Shown piece after piece: positions 1-8,626 of a stretch of DNA of 64,000 nt. The notes beneath the pieces are model-generated. The model saw nothing but the letters and a program-made list of their open reading frames with translations, was not told the origin of the DNA and made no database searches. The position numbers were made by a program, and so were the translations under genes. Position 1 is the first letter of the stretch, and every line of letters begins with the position of its first letter. The DNA is from an uncultured Acidobacteriota bacterium (GTDB lineage Bacteria > Acidobacteriota > Thermoanaerobaculia > Gp7-AA8): the NCBI GenBank assembly GCA_963821585.1, contig CAWGEI010000003.1:3832407-3896406 (forward strand). The letters are read 5' to 3'.

Positions 1-106
1 GCACCTCGGCCTCCAACGCTCGCGTCGCGGACACGTACCACGCCGCGAGCAGACCGCCGACGCCGAGGAGGAGGACCAGGGCCGCGAGAGGAACGCGGAT
101 TTTCAT
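1..106 (-). CDS. sensor histidine kinase, N-terminal fragment; the gene runs past the window start
   Basis: Minus-strand ATG at 106 overlaps the regulator stop as ATGA. Encodes MKIRVPLAALVLLLGVGGLLAAWYVSATRALEAEV, a hydrophobic signal/TM start. Position directly downstream of the OmpR-type regulator suggests the cognate kinase. Confidence 0.4.
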   Translation of the reverse strand, partial: MKIRVPLAALVLLLGVGGLLAAWYVSATRALEAEV

Positions 107-795
107 GGGCTCCCCCACGCGTAGCCGGTCCCCTTCACCGTCACGACGATGCGCGGCTCGGCGGGCTCGCGCTCGATCTTCTGGCGGAGGTTGGCGATGG
201 TCATGTCGACGGTGCGGGTCTCGATCTCGTCTGCTGTTGTCGACGGCGCACCCCACACGGTCTGCAGCAACTCCGCGCGCGACACCGCGCGCGTGCGATG
301 GCGATGCAGCCAGCGGAGGATGCCTACCTCGCGCGGCGTGAGCGCGATCGCCGAACCATTGCGGCGCGCTTCGCAGCGCCCGAGGTCGAGGAGACAGCCG
401 TCGATCTCGACGCGCTCGGCGTCGGAGGGAGCGATGGACGCGCGGCGCCGCAGCGCCTCGATGCGCGCGAGGAGCTCGTTCGTGCCGAAGGGCTTGGTCA
501 GGTAGTCATCCGCACCGGCGCCGAGCCCCTTCACCCGCTCCTCCTCGGAACCACGCGCCGTGAGGATCAGGATCGGCAGCGCGGGCCGCGCCATGCGCAG
601 GCGGCGGCAGACGTCGACGCCGTCGAGGCGTGGGAGGGAGAGGTCGAGCAGGACGAAGTCGACGTCGGATTGCACGCCCCGCTCGACGCCGGCGAGGCCG
701 TCGGCCGCGGTCTCGACGGAGAAGCCGCGGTTGGTGAGCAGGTCGACGAGCGCCTCGCGAAGGGAGCGTTCGTCTTCGACGACGAGGATGCGCAC
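103..795 (-). CDS. OmpR-family response regulator (receiver plus winged-helix)
   Basis: Receiver motifs ILVVEDE...DLSLP...TAR then the C-terminal winged helix LTPREVGILRWL...TVKGTGY. The ORF track extends to a GTG at 828. The GTG at 795 gives the classic MRILVVEDE start, and 811-890 is a palindromic repeat. Confidence 0.85.
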   Translation of the reverse strand: MRILVVEDERSLREALVDLLTNRGFSVETAADGLAGVERGVQSDVDFVLLDLSLPRLDGVDVCRRLRMARPALPILILTARGSEEERVKGLGAGADDYLTKPFGTNELLARIEALRRRASIAPSDAERVEIDGCLLDLGRCEARRNGSAIALTPREVGILRWLHRHRTRAVSRAELLQTVWGAPSTTADEIETRTVDMTIANLRQKIEREPAEPRIVVTVKGTGYAWGSP

Positions 796-810
796 GGCAA
801 CAATCTTAGT

Positions 811-890
811 CCCCTCTCCCCGCGGCACGACCCCTCACCCTGACCCTCTCCCCACGCCCGCCGACCCCCACCCTGCGCGGGGAGAGGGGA
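811..890. repeat. GGGGAGAGGG/CCCTCTCCCC palindromic repeat cluster (family C)
   Basis: cccctctccccgcg ... cgcggggagagggg inverted repeat with internal ccctcacc/ccctctcccc motifs. The same motif family recurs at 38352-38590. Confidence 0.6.
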
Positions 891-920
891 CTGGGGGACG
901 GGTTATAGTCCCCCCGCGCC

Positions 921-1838
921 ATGATCCACATCCGCGGCCTCCGCAAGGTTTACGGCAACGTCGTCGCCCTCGACGGGCTGGACCTCGACGTCCATGAAGG
1001 CGAGATGTTCGGGCTGCTGGGGCCGAATGGCGCGGGGAAGACGACGACCATCGGGGTGCTGACAACGCGGGTCAAGCCGACGGCGGGGACGGCGCGGGTC
1101 GCGGATTGCGACGTGACCACCGAGAGCGTGAAGATGCGGGCGCGGATCGGCGTCGTGCCGCAGCGGCCGAATCCGGATCGGGGGCTCACGGTGCGCGAGA
1201 ACCTGGTCTTCCATGCGATGTACTTCGGGCTTGCGCGGTCCGAGGCGTCGCGGAGGGCGGATGCGCTGCTGGAGCGGCTGGACATCGAGGACAAGCGCGA
1301 CGCGAAGGTGGACGCGCTCTCCGGCGGGCAGCAGCAGCGGATGATGATCGCCCGCGCGCTGACGCACGAGCCGCGGGTGCTGTTCCTCGACGAGCCGACG
1401 GTCGGCCTCGATCCGCAGGCGCGCCTGGGGCTGTGGGACATCCTCCGCGACCTCCGCACGCAAGGGCGCACGGTGGTGATGACGACGCACTACATGGAAG
1501 AGGCGGATCAGCTCTGCGACCGGGTGGCGATCGTGGACCGCGGGAAACTGCTGGCGTGCGACACGCCGTCGGCGCTGCGGGCGCAGGCACCGGGCGAGAC
1601 CATCGTGGAGGTGACGTTCGACCGCGAGCTGGACTCGGAGACGCCGGAGATCGCGGGCGTGACGCGCACGGAGCCGCGCGGCACGGTGCTGCGCGCGTAT
1701 GCGCCGAGCGCGGCGGCGGCGATCCCGGCGCTGCTGGCGTTCGGCGAGTCGCGCGGCTACGCGGTGCGCGACATCCAGATCGCAAAGCCGAGTCTGGAGA
1801 CGCTGTTCATCTCGCTGACAGGAAGGAAGCTCACGTGA
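921..1838 (+). CDS. ABC transporter ATP-binding protein (ABC-2/DrrA-like)
   Basis: Walker A GPNGAGKTTT, ABC signature LSGGQQQR and Walker B VLFLDEPT. The stop overlaps the downstream permease start (GTGA). Confidence 0.9.
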   Translation: MIHIRGLRKVYGNVVALDGLDLDVHEGEMFGLLGPNGAGKTTTIGVLTTRVKPTAGTARVADCDVTTESVKMRARIGVVPQRPNPDRGLTVRENLVFHAMYFGLARSEASRRADALLERLDIEDKRDAKVDALSGGQQQRMMIARALTHEPRVLFLDEPTVGLDPQARLGLWDILRDLRTQGRTVVMTTHYMEEADQLCDRVAIVDRGKLLACDTPSALRAQAPGETIVEVTFDRELDSETPEIAGVTRTEPRGTVLRAYAPSAAAAIPALLAFGESRGYAVRDIQIAKPSLETLFISLTGRKLT

Positions 1839-2605
1839 ACGGACACGTGTTTGGTGCGCTGCTGCTGCGCGATGCGGTGGTGGCGAAGCGGGAGATCGTG
1901 GGGATCCTCCTCCGGACGCTGATGCAGCCCGTGTTGTTCGTGATCGTGTTCGGGCTGCTGCTGCCGAGGATGGGGATGATCCCGCCAGGCTACAACACGA
2001 CCATGCTGCCGGGCATCGCGGCGCTGAGCGCGACGATGGCGTCGATCTGGTCGGTGACGATGCCGCTGATCGCGGACTTCGGGATGACCAAGGAGATCGA
2101 AGACCGCCTGCTGGCGCCGGTGCCCATCGAGCTGATCGCGCTTCAGAAGATGTCATCGGGGATCATCCAGGGCGCGCTGGCGGTGATGATCGTGCTGCCG
2201 GTGGCACGCCTGCTGATGGGCCCCGTGCCGGGGCTGACGCTGCGCAATCTGCCGCTGCTGATCGGGGTGGTGTTCCTCGGCGGCGCGGTGTTCTCCGCGT
2301 TCGGCCTGTTCCTGGGGACGGCCCTGCAGCCGCAGCACATCTCGCTGATGATGCAGGTGATCTTCGCGCCGATGATCATGTTCGGCTGCACGTACTACCC
2401 GTGGCGCGGGCTGGATCACTTCCCGGTCATGAAGTACGCGGTGCTGATCAATCCGCTGGTGTACATCTCGGAGGGGATGCGCGCGGCGCTGACGCCGGGC
2501 GTGGATCACATGCCGCTGGCGGTCATCCTCGGCGCGCTGATCGGGATGACGTTGGCCTTCACGTGGCTGGGGCTGCGGGGGTTCCGGAAGCGCGCCATCG
2601 GTTAG
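1835..2605 (+). CDS. ABC-2 family transporter permease
   Basis: The GTG start overlaps the ATPase stop. Six predicted TM segments of ABC-2 type (VNGHVFGALLLRD...LINPLVYISEGMR). The longer 1106..2605 ORF runs out of frame across the ATPase and is spurious upstream. Confidence 0.8.
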   Translation: MNGHVFGALLLRDAVVAKREIVGILLRTLMQPVLFVIVFGLLLPRMGMIPPGYNTTMLPGIAALSATMASIWSVTMPLIADFGMTKEIEDRLLAPVPIELIALQKMSSGIIQGALAVMIVLPVARLLMGPVPGLTLRNLPLLIGVVFLGGAVFSAFGLFLGTALQPQHISLMMQVIFAPMIMFGCTYYPWRGLDHFPVMKYAVLINPLVYISEGMRAALTPGVDHMPLAVILGALIGMTLAFTWLGLRGFRKRAIG

Positions 2606-2638
2606 CGCTATCATTAGGGACCGGTCAGGTCCCACCCC

Positions 2639-4915
2639 ATGCCTACCCTGTTCGCGGGATCCCGCTTCCCCGGCGGCCGTGCGGCCGCGTGCGGGATCCT
2701 CCTCGCCCTCTTCAGTGTGACTGGGGTCAGACCCCAATCACACTTGACGGAGGAGCGCTACGCCGTGAACGCGGGCGGGTTGCGGGATCCGGGGGTGCTG
2801 GTCGGGGCGTCGGCGCACAGCTACGAGATTTACGCGGGCGGGCGGCTCATCGGGCGTTCGCGCGGCTGGTCAACGTCACTGCCGTTCGGATTCGTCGAGG
2901 TCTTTCGCGTGCCGCGCGAGGCCATCGCGGGAGACGGGGCAGTGCCCGTCACGCTGCGCGTGCGGAAGATCGACTGGCTCCCGGACGGCGTGAGCGGCGT
3001 CACCGCCGGCGAGTACAGGACGCTCGTAGACCGCGTGCGCGCGGGTTGGAGCGGGCTGCTGCTGCGGGAAGTCCCCCTGCTCGTGCTGGCGGCGCTGTTC
3101 GGGTTCGTGTTCCTGCACCACGTCCTGCTCTTCGCCCGCCGCCGCAAACAGGCCGAGCACCTCTGGTTCGGGCTCACGGCGCTGGCGTTCGCGATCAACA
3201 CGTTCGCCAGCACGTATTGGATCTACGAGCTCACGGACAGCCGGGCGATCGCGTCGCGGGTGGCCGATGCGAGCGGCCATCTGGCGGCGGCGTTCGCGAT
3301 CCAGTTCCTCTGGTCGTTCTTCGCGCGCCGGATCTCGCGGCCGCTGCGTGCGTATCAGCTCTCCCATGTCGCGCTGGCCGGGTTCGTGGCTCTGTGGCCG
3401 GACCTGCGTCTGGTGTTCGCGAGCGGCACCGCGCGCTGGTTGTGGCTGCTGCCGCTGCTGGTGCTGGCGGCGGTGCTGGTGCTGCGGGAGGCCTGGCACG
3501 GGCACGCGGAGGCGCGGATCATCGCCGCCGGCGGCGTGGTCATGATCGCCGTGCAGACCGCCGAACTGGCGCGCAACGTCCTTCCCGTGCGGTGGCCCTT
3601 CGACTTCTCGATCGCGGCGTTCGGGTTCGGCGTCGTGATCATCGCCATGAGCGTGGCGCTCTCGTTCCGCTTCCGCCGCGTCCACGATGAGCTCGACCAT
3701 CTCCGCCTGCGCCTGGAGGACGAGGTGGAGGAGCGGACGCGCGACCTGGCGGAAGCGCGCGACGAAGCGATGGCCGCCAACCGTGCGAAGAGCGAGTTCC
3801 TCGCGAACATCAGCCACGAGATCCGGACGCCGATGAACGGCGTGATCGGAATGGCGGAGCTGCTGGCGACGACCACCCTGACCGCGGAACAGCGCACGCA
3901 GCTCAAGGCCATCCAGGTCAGCGGGCGGTCGCTGCTGACGCTGCTCAACGACGTCCTCGAATTCTCCCGCCTCGAAGCGAAGACGCTGACCATCCAACAG
4001 GAGCCCTTCCTGGTGAAGCGCGTGGTCGACGACTGTCTGGAGATCATGGCGCCGCTGGCGCGATCGAAAGGTCTGACCCTGCGCTCTTCCATCGCGGAGG
4101 GCACGCAGATGGTGACGGGCGACGAGCACCGCACGCGGCAGGTGCTCCTCAACCTGCTGAGCAATGCGCTCAAGTTCACGACCGTCGGCCGGGTGGAAGT
4201 GACGACCGGCTCACGGACGCTGGAGGACGGGCGGATCGAGGTGCGGTTCTCGGTCAGCGACACGGGACCCGGCATCGCCCGCGAAGATCTCGACCGCCTC
4301 TTCGTCGCATTCCAGCAGGTCGACGGCTCGTCCAGCCGCCAATACGGCGGCGCCGGCCTCGGGCTCGCCATCAGCAAGCGGCTGACCGAGCTGATGGGCG
4401 GCGCGATCACCGTGGAGACCGCACCCGGCCGCGGATCGATCTTCCGGTTCACCCTCGTCGGCGAGCCCGGAGAGCTCTCCTTGCCGGCGCCCGACGTGGC
4501 ATCGCAACGCCGCCCGCCTGCAAAGCGTCCGCTGCGCGTGCTCCTGGCCGAGGATGAGGCGATCAACCGGATCGTGGTCCTCGGCATGCTGCAACACCTC
4601 GGCTACGAGGCCGACTCCGTGAACAACGGGGTCGAAGTCCTCGAGGCCCTGCAGCGGCAGATGTACGACGTCGTGCTGATGGACATCCAGATGCCCGGGA
4701 TGAACGGACTGGACGTCGCACGGCGCATCCGCGAAACGATGGGCGGCGTGCCGTACATCATCGCCCTGACAGCGCACGCGCTGTCCGGAGACCGCGAGCG
4801 CTGCCTCGCCGCGGGGATGAACGACTACCTGAGCAAGCCGCTGGCGCTGAACGACCTGCAGAACGCGCTGGCCATCATCGCGCGCGGCCCGGAAGCCGCA
4901 GGCTCCAGCTCATAA
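2639..4915 (+). CDS. hybrid sensor histidine kinase/response regulator with 7TMR-DISM type N-terminal sensor
   Basis: Signal peptide, extracellular domain and seven TM segments. HisKA H-box [12 protein letters not shown], HATPase DTGPGI...GGAGLGL and a C-terminal receiver [11 protein letters not shown]...[10 protein letters not shown]...SKPL. Confidence 0.85.
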   Translation: MPTLFAGSRFPGGRAAACGILLALFSVTGVRPQSHLTEERYAVNAGGLRDPGVLVGASAHSYEIYAGGRLIGRSRGWSTSLPFGFVEVFRVPREAIAGDGAVPVTLRVRKIDWLPDGVSGVTAGEYRTLVDRVRAGWSGLLLREVPLLVLAALFGFVFLHHVLLFARRRKQAEHLWFGLTALAFAINTFASTYWIYELTDSRAIASRVADASGHLAAAFAIQFLWSFFARRISRPLRAYQLSHVALAGFVALWPDLRLVFASGTARWLWLLPLLVLAAVLVLREAWHGHAEARIIAAGGVVMIAVQTAELARNVLPVRWPFDFSIAAFGFGVVIIAMSVALSFRFRRVHDELDHLRLRLEDEVEERTRDLAEARDEAMAANRAKSEFLANISHEIRTPMNGVIGMAELLATTTLTAEQRTQLKAIQVSGRSLLTLLNDVLEFSRLEAKTLTIQQEPFLVKRVVDDCLEIMAPLARSKGLTLRSSIAEGTQMVTGDEHRTRQVLLNLLSNALKFTTVGRVEVTTGSRTLEDGRIEVRFSVSDTGPGIAREDLDRLFVAFQQVDGSSSRQYGGAGLGLAISKRLTELMGGAITVETAPGRGSIFRFTLVGEPGELSLPAPDVASQRRPPAKRPLRVLLAEDEAINRIVVLGMLQHLGYEADSVNNGVEVLEALQRQMYDVVLMDIQMPGMNGLDVARRIRETMGGVPYIIALTAHALSGDRERCLAAGMNDYLSKPLALNDLQNALAIIARGPEAAGSSS
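2714..2744. repeat. 33-bp palindromic element (family E) inside the kinase signal-peptide codons
   Basis: agtgtgactggggtc a gaccccaatcacact, a near-perfect palindrome. It is the same family as the perfect copy at 48917-48949 and is translated as [13 protein letters not shown]. Confidence 0.6.
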
Positions 4916-5016
4916 ATCCTCCGTCCCCCTCTGTGTGCTCTGCGCCTCTGTGGTGAATACGCCCATGCCTCGAGCGAGCTGATAGCATCATTGCCTCGAG
5001 CGAAGGAGCGAATCGC

Positions 5017-5466
5017 GTGAACCTCAAGATCTTCGTCGCGGTGGTCATTTTCACCCAGGGCTGTGCGACCGTGCACAACGGGCGTCACCAGGAGATCAGC
5101 GTCGTCAGCGATCCCGCCGGCGCCAACGTTGAGGTTCGGTGCGGGAAGATCCAGCCGGCGGCGGTGACGCCGACGACGGTTCGTCTGCCGCGCCGCGTCG
5201 AGCAGTGTTCGCTCACGCTGACGCGGCCCGGTTTTCATTCCGAGACGGTGGTGTTCCATGCGAGACCGAGCGGCTGGTTCTGGGCAAACTTCGCCGGCCC
5301 GATCATCGGCGGAGTGAGCAGTGCGACCCGTGACTCCGGCCTGGCGTTCATGGACTTCATTGTCGGTGCGCTTCTTGGCGGAGTCGGATTCGGCATCGAC
5401 GCCCTGACCGGCGCGATGTGGGAACTGGAGCCCGCCCAAGTAGAGCGCAAGCTCGTCCCGCAGTGA
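5017..5466 (+). CDS. hypothetical lipoprotein (PEGA-like beta domain plus Gly-rich C-terminus)
   Basis: Lipobox FTQGCAT after a hydrophobic N-terminus. AAGGAG RBS upstream. No confident family assignment. Confidence 0.5.
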   Translation: MNLKIFVAVVIFTQGCATVHNGRHQEISVVSDPAGANVEVRCGKIQPAAVTPTTVRLPRRVEQCSLTLTRPGFHSETVVFHARPSGWFWANFAGPIIGGVSSATRDSGLAFMDFIVGALLGGVGFGIDALTGAMWELEPAQVERKLVPQ

Positions 5467-5480
5467 GATCCAGGCCTCTT

Positions 5481-6089
5481 TCACGATTGCGCTTCGAGCG
5501 CTCTTCTGAAATCGCGCACGGCCTGGGTGAGCGTGTCGCGGTCGAGCATGGACGCCAGTAGTCCGAGGTCGAGGTCGGGAAGGAGGCGGCTGCGTTCCGC
5601 TTTCGCGAATCTCTCTCCTGCGAGAACGTAGACCTGGATCACCCCTTTGTGCCAGATCCAGACCTCGTCGACACCGAGTGTCTCGTAAAGCCGCAGCTTG
5701 TCGATGTTCCCCCGGCTCCATTCCACTTCGATAGCCAGCTGGGGGCGGTCGCACTTCGTCGTTCCGAAGATGTAGCACTCGTCCGCTTCCGCGCCCCGAT
5801 CCTTGCTGTGTCCCTTCAGAGTCCAACTGCCGAAGGGCGTTACTTCGATATCACGATCGATGCACCAGACCTCGAGAAGGTGTCCGATGAATGACTTGAT
5901 CTGCTCGTGATCTTTGGACGGACTCATGATCTCGAGCTCCCCCTCCAGGTAGTTGATGCGCGGAGCGGATTTGTCGCCACGGATCTCGAGCACGCGCTCG
6001 TAGTCTTCCCACGTCACATCGTGAAAGACGATGATCTGATCCGCACTCTGTGTGTCGTCGTGCTCGCGAAGCGCCAAAGCTCTCGACAT
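5481..6089 (-). CDS. Uma2-family (DUF820) putative restriction-endonuclease-like protein
   Basis: VTWEDYERVLE...RINYLEGELEIMSPS...H..I...LGVDEVWIW is typical Uma2. The start was chosen at the internal ATG (MSRAL) to avoid overlap with the divergent gene. The ORF track extends to 6164. Confidence 0.75.
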   Translation of the reverse strand: MSRALALREHDDTQSADQIIVFHDVTWEDYERVLEIRGDKSAPRINYLEGELEIMSPSKDHEQIKSFIGHLLEVWCIDRDIEVTPFGSWTLKGHSKDRGAEADECYIFGTTKCDRPQLAIEVEWSRGNIDKLRLYETLGVDEVWIWHKGVIQVYVLAGERFAKAERSRLLPDLDLGLLASMLDRDTLTQAVRDFRRALEAQS

Positions 6090-6162
6090 GGCGGAAAGTA
6101 TATCGCCGCCACCCGAACGGAACGCCCGCGAGGCGTGTTCTTCCGCTGCAAAGGAGTTTTGC

Positions 6163-6594
6163 ATGTTGCGAAGTCTGATGGTTGCGGTGCTGTTGTCGGT
6201 TTCCGTTCACGCCGCGGAGGCGGTCGATCCCGATGTGCTGGCGGTTCGCGAGGCGGCCTGGCGGGCGTGGTTCGGGGGCGATGAGGCGGCGCTACGCGCG
6301 ATGCTGCCGGAGGAGTTTCTCTCGATCGGTGCCGGCGAGGCGGAGATCTCGGATCGCGAGAAGGCGATCGCGTCGTCCCGTGAGTTCAAGGCCTCGGGGG
6401 GCCGGCTGGTGGCACTGGCGTTCCCGGAGACGCGCGCGCAGCGGTTCGGGGATACGGTCGTGCTGTACGGGAGCTACGAGGCGACGTTCGTCCGCGGGAC
6501 CGAGGAGACGCAGATGAAGGGGCGGTTGACGGAGGTGTTCGTGAAGCGCGGAGGGAAGTGGGTGCATCCGGGGTGGCACCTGGATCTGCGGTGA
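6163..6594 (+). CDS. SnoaL-like/DUF4440 (NTF2-fold) secreted protein
   Basis: AAGGAG RBS 7 nt upstream of the ATG. Signal peptide MLRSLMVAVLLSVSVHA. An NTF2-like fold is suggested by the W..W.GGDEAALRAML...KRGGKWV pattern. Confidence 0.55.
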   Translation: MLRSLMVAVLLSVSVHAAEAVDPDVLAVREAAWRAWFGGDEAALRAMLPEEFLSIGAGEAEISDREKAIASSREFKASGGRLVALAFPETRAQRFGDTVVLYGSYEATFVRGTEETQMKGRLTEVFVKRGGKWVHPGWHLDLR

Positions 6595-6650
6595 CGCGTC
6601 ATGGGGCAGACTCCGTTTAAACTGTGTCCCTACTTAAAAAAGGACCGGTC

Positions 6651-7640
6651 ATGAAACGCACGCTCTGCCTGCTGTTGCTCCTCCTCTCCACGCCTGCCTT
6701 TGCCATCACGATCAAGACCCTCGACCTCAACGTGGTCGACGACACCACGATCGAGATCACGGCGCCGGTCTGGGACGGCTCGAAGGCCGGACCGGTGCTG
6801 GTTGGCACATTCGAGTCGAAGTTCGACCGCAAGGTGGCCAACAAGCTCGCCGGCGGTTTCCGCAACGCGATGATGCCGAGCTACGACCTCGACCCGGGCC
6901 TCGACCTCGGCCAGGTGCTGGCCGAGGCGCTGCGCGCGGAGGGGACCAAGCTCGGCCTGTCCATGATGGCGCCGCAGGAAGCGAAGGCGCCGCAGTGGAC
7001 CATCGACGGCACGATCCACGGCGCCAACGTCGACATCCAGCACATGGGCTACGGGTCGCTGCTGTTCTACACGTATCTCGACGTGGACGTGCGCGTGACG
7101 AAGCAGGGCGCGGAGCCGGTCACACACCGCATCCGCCCGGCGCGGCTGTTCGTGATGTACAACGGCGGCATGGGGATGGGCGACGAGGTGCAGGCGGCGC
7201 TGGCGAAGATCGTCATGGTCGGCGCGCAGCAGATCCTGGCGCGCCTCAACCGCGAGCACTTCGAGGCGCCGGCTCTCCTGGCGATGGAGACGCGGCTCGC
7301 GGGGCTGAAGAAGATCGACGACCACGGCGAATCCGAGCTGCACGCCATCGGCCTTTCCGGCGTGCGCGGAGCGTCAGCGGCCCTGGCATCGCGGCTGGAG
7401 TCGGAGCGCGACGAAAATGCGCGCACTTCGATCGTCTACGCCCTCACCAGCCTCGGCGCGGAAGGGCACGTGCCGTTGCTCGTCCGGCGATTTGCGTCTG
7501 AGGATGACGACGTCCGTTACGCGACCATCATCGCGCTGGCCAGCGCGGGCACGCCGGAGGCGCTGGCGCTGCTCCGCGAAAAGGGAGCGAAGGACAAGAC
7601 GGTGATCATCCGGAAGCTTTCGGAGCGGTTGCAGCGGTGA
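6651..7640 (+). CDS. secreted protein with C-terminal HEAT/PBS-lyase-like repeats
   Basis: Signal peptide [19 protein letters not shown]-terminal repeats [24 protein letters not shown] / [23 protein letters not shown] resemble HEAT repeats. Confidence 0.5.
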   Translation: MKRTLCLLLLLLSTPAFAITIKTLDLNVVDDTTIEITAPVWDGSKAGPVLVGTFESKFDRKVANKLAGGFRNAMMPSYDLDPGLDLGQVLAEALRAEGTKLGLSMMAPQEAKAPQWTIDGTIHGANVDIQHMGYGSLLFYTYLDVDVRVTKQGAEPVTHRIRPARLFVMYNGGMGMGDEVQAALAKIVMVGAQQILARLNREHFEAPALLAMETRLAGLKKIDDHGESELHAIGLSGVRGASAALASRLESERDENARTSIVYALTSLGAEGHVPLLVRRFASEDDDVRYATIIALASAGTPEALALLREKGAKDKTVIIRKLSERLQR

Positions 7641-7716
7641 TGCGCGTCCCGGCCGGCGAGGCGCCGGCGGAACGGCCGGCGGGGCGCCGGCACCACAGGG
7701 CCGGCGTCCCTACCGT

Positions 7717-8600
7717 GATTTGAATTTCGCGGTCAGATAGTCGCGGTTCATTCTGGCGATGAAGCTGACCGAGAATCTCCTTGGGGCAGACGGCTTCGCA
7801 TTCGCGGAAGAGGGTGCCGCTGCCGAAGTAGCTCTCCATGACTTCGACCATCTTCACGACGCGCTCGTACCGCTCGGGCTGGCCCTGGGGGAGGAGGCCG
7901 AGGTGGGAGACTTTGGCGGCGGTGAAGAGCTGGGCGGCCCCGTTGGGGCATTGGGCGACGCAGGCGCCGCACTGGATGCACTCGGCGGCGTCCATGGACA
8001 GTTCCTGGACCTGCTTGGGGATGGGGAGGGTGTTGGCTTCGACGGCGCTGCCGGTGTTGACGGAGATGTAGCCGCCGGCCTGGATGATCTTGTCGAGCGG
8101 GGTGCGGTCGACGATGAGGTCTTTGATGACCGGGAAGGCGCGGGCGCGCCAGGGCTCGAAGCTGCTGGCCGGTTTGTCCGCGCGCGTAGAACGTGCGCGA
8201 GACCTGCACGCCGCCGAACGAGCGGTTCTCCAGCGCGCCGCCGTATTCACGCGCCAGCGGCACGCCCTGGGCGAGGCCTGGTCGATGATGTTCACCGAGA
8301 GCTCGGCGAGACGATGGACGTTGCTCTCGCGGGAGCGGTAGTCGCCGCCTTTGATGGTGTCGTAGAAGAGGCGGTAGATCGAGTCGCCGTCGTTGCGGTA
8401 GTTCTTCGCCGCGTTGATGCCGCCCTGCGCGGCGATGGAGTGCGCGCGCCGCGGCGAGTCGTGGTAGACGAAGCACTTGACGTTGTAGCCGAGCTCCCCG
8501 AGGGTCGCGGCCGCTAGGATCGACTTGTCCGTCGTGACCAGCGTCCGCCCCTCGGCCACGGACTGCGCGATGAGAATGCGATCGAAGGGGTCGTCGTGAT
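7717..8600 (-). pseudogene. chimeric gene-remnant patch: vapC-like C-terminal fragment joined to an sdhA 5' fragment joined to the sdhB 3' half
   Basis: Roughly 8524-8595 encodes [22 protein letters not shown], the VapC C-terminal motif. Roughly 8150-8520 is about 90% nt-identical to sdhA at 15140-15500 ([17 protein letters not shown]...[26 protein letters not shown]) and shares the same 1-nt deletion after IIDQ. Roughly 7717-8140 matches the sdhB 3' half (CIQCGACV...CPKEI). The junction is at a gcggccgc sequence. Confidence 0.65.
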
Positions 8601-8626
8601 GGCGTGGCAGGGATGGGTGCACCGAT

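Noticed and set aside
1106-2605. 499-aa ORF spanning the ABC ATPase out of frame and the permease
   Set aside because: The upstream 240 codons are an Arg/Ala-rich alternate frame of the ATPase gene. The true permease starts at the GTG at 1835, which overlaps the ATPase stop.
2617-2633. gggaccggtcaggtccc hairpin after the first ABC permease, considered as a terminator
   Set aside because: Short stem with no T-run and only 6 nt before the next start codon. More likely an inter-cistronic hairpin than a terminator, so it is not reported as a feature.
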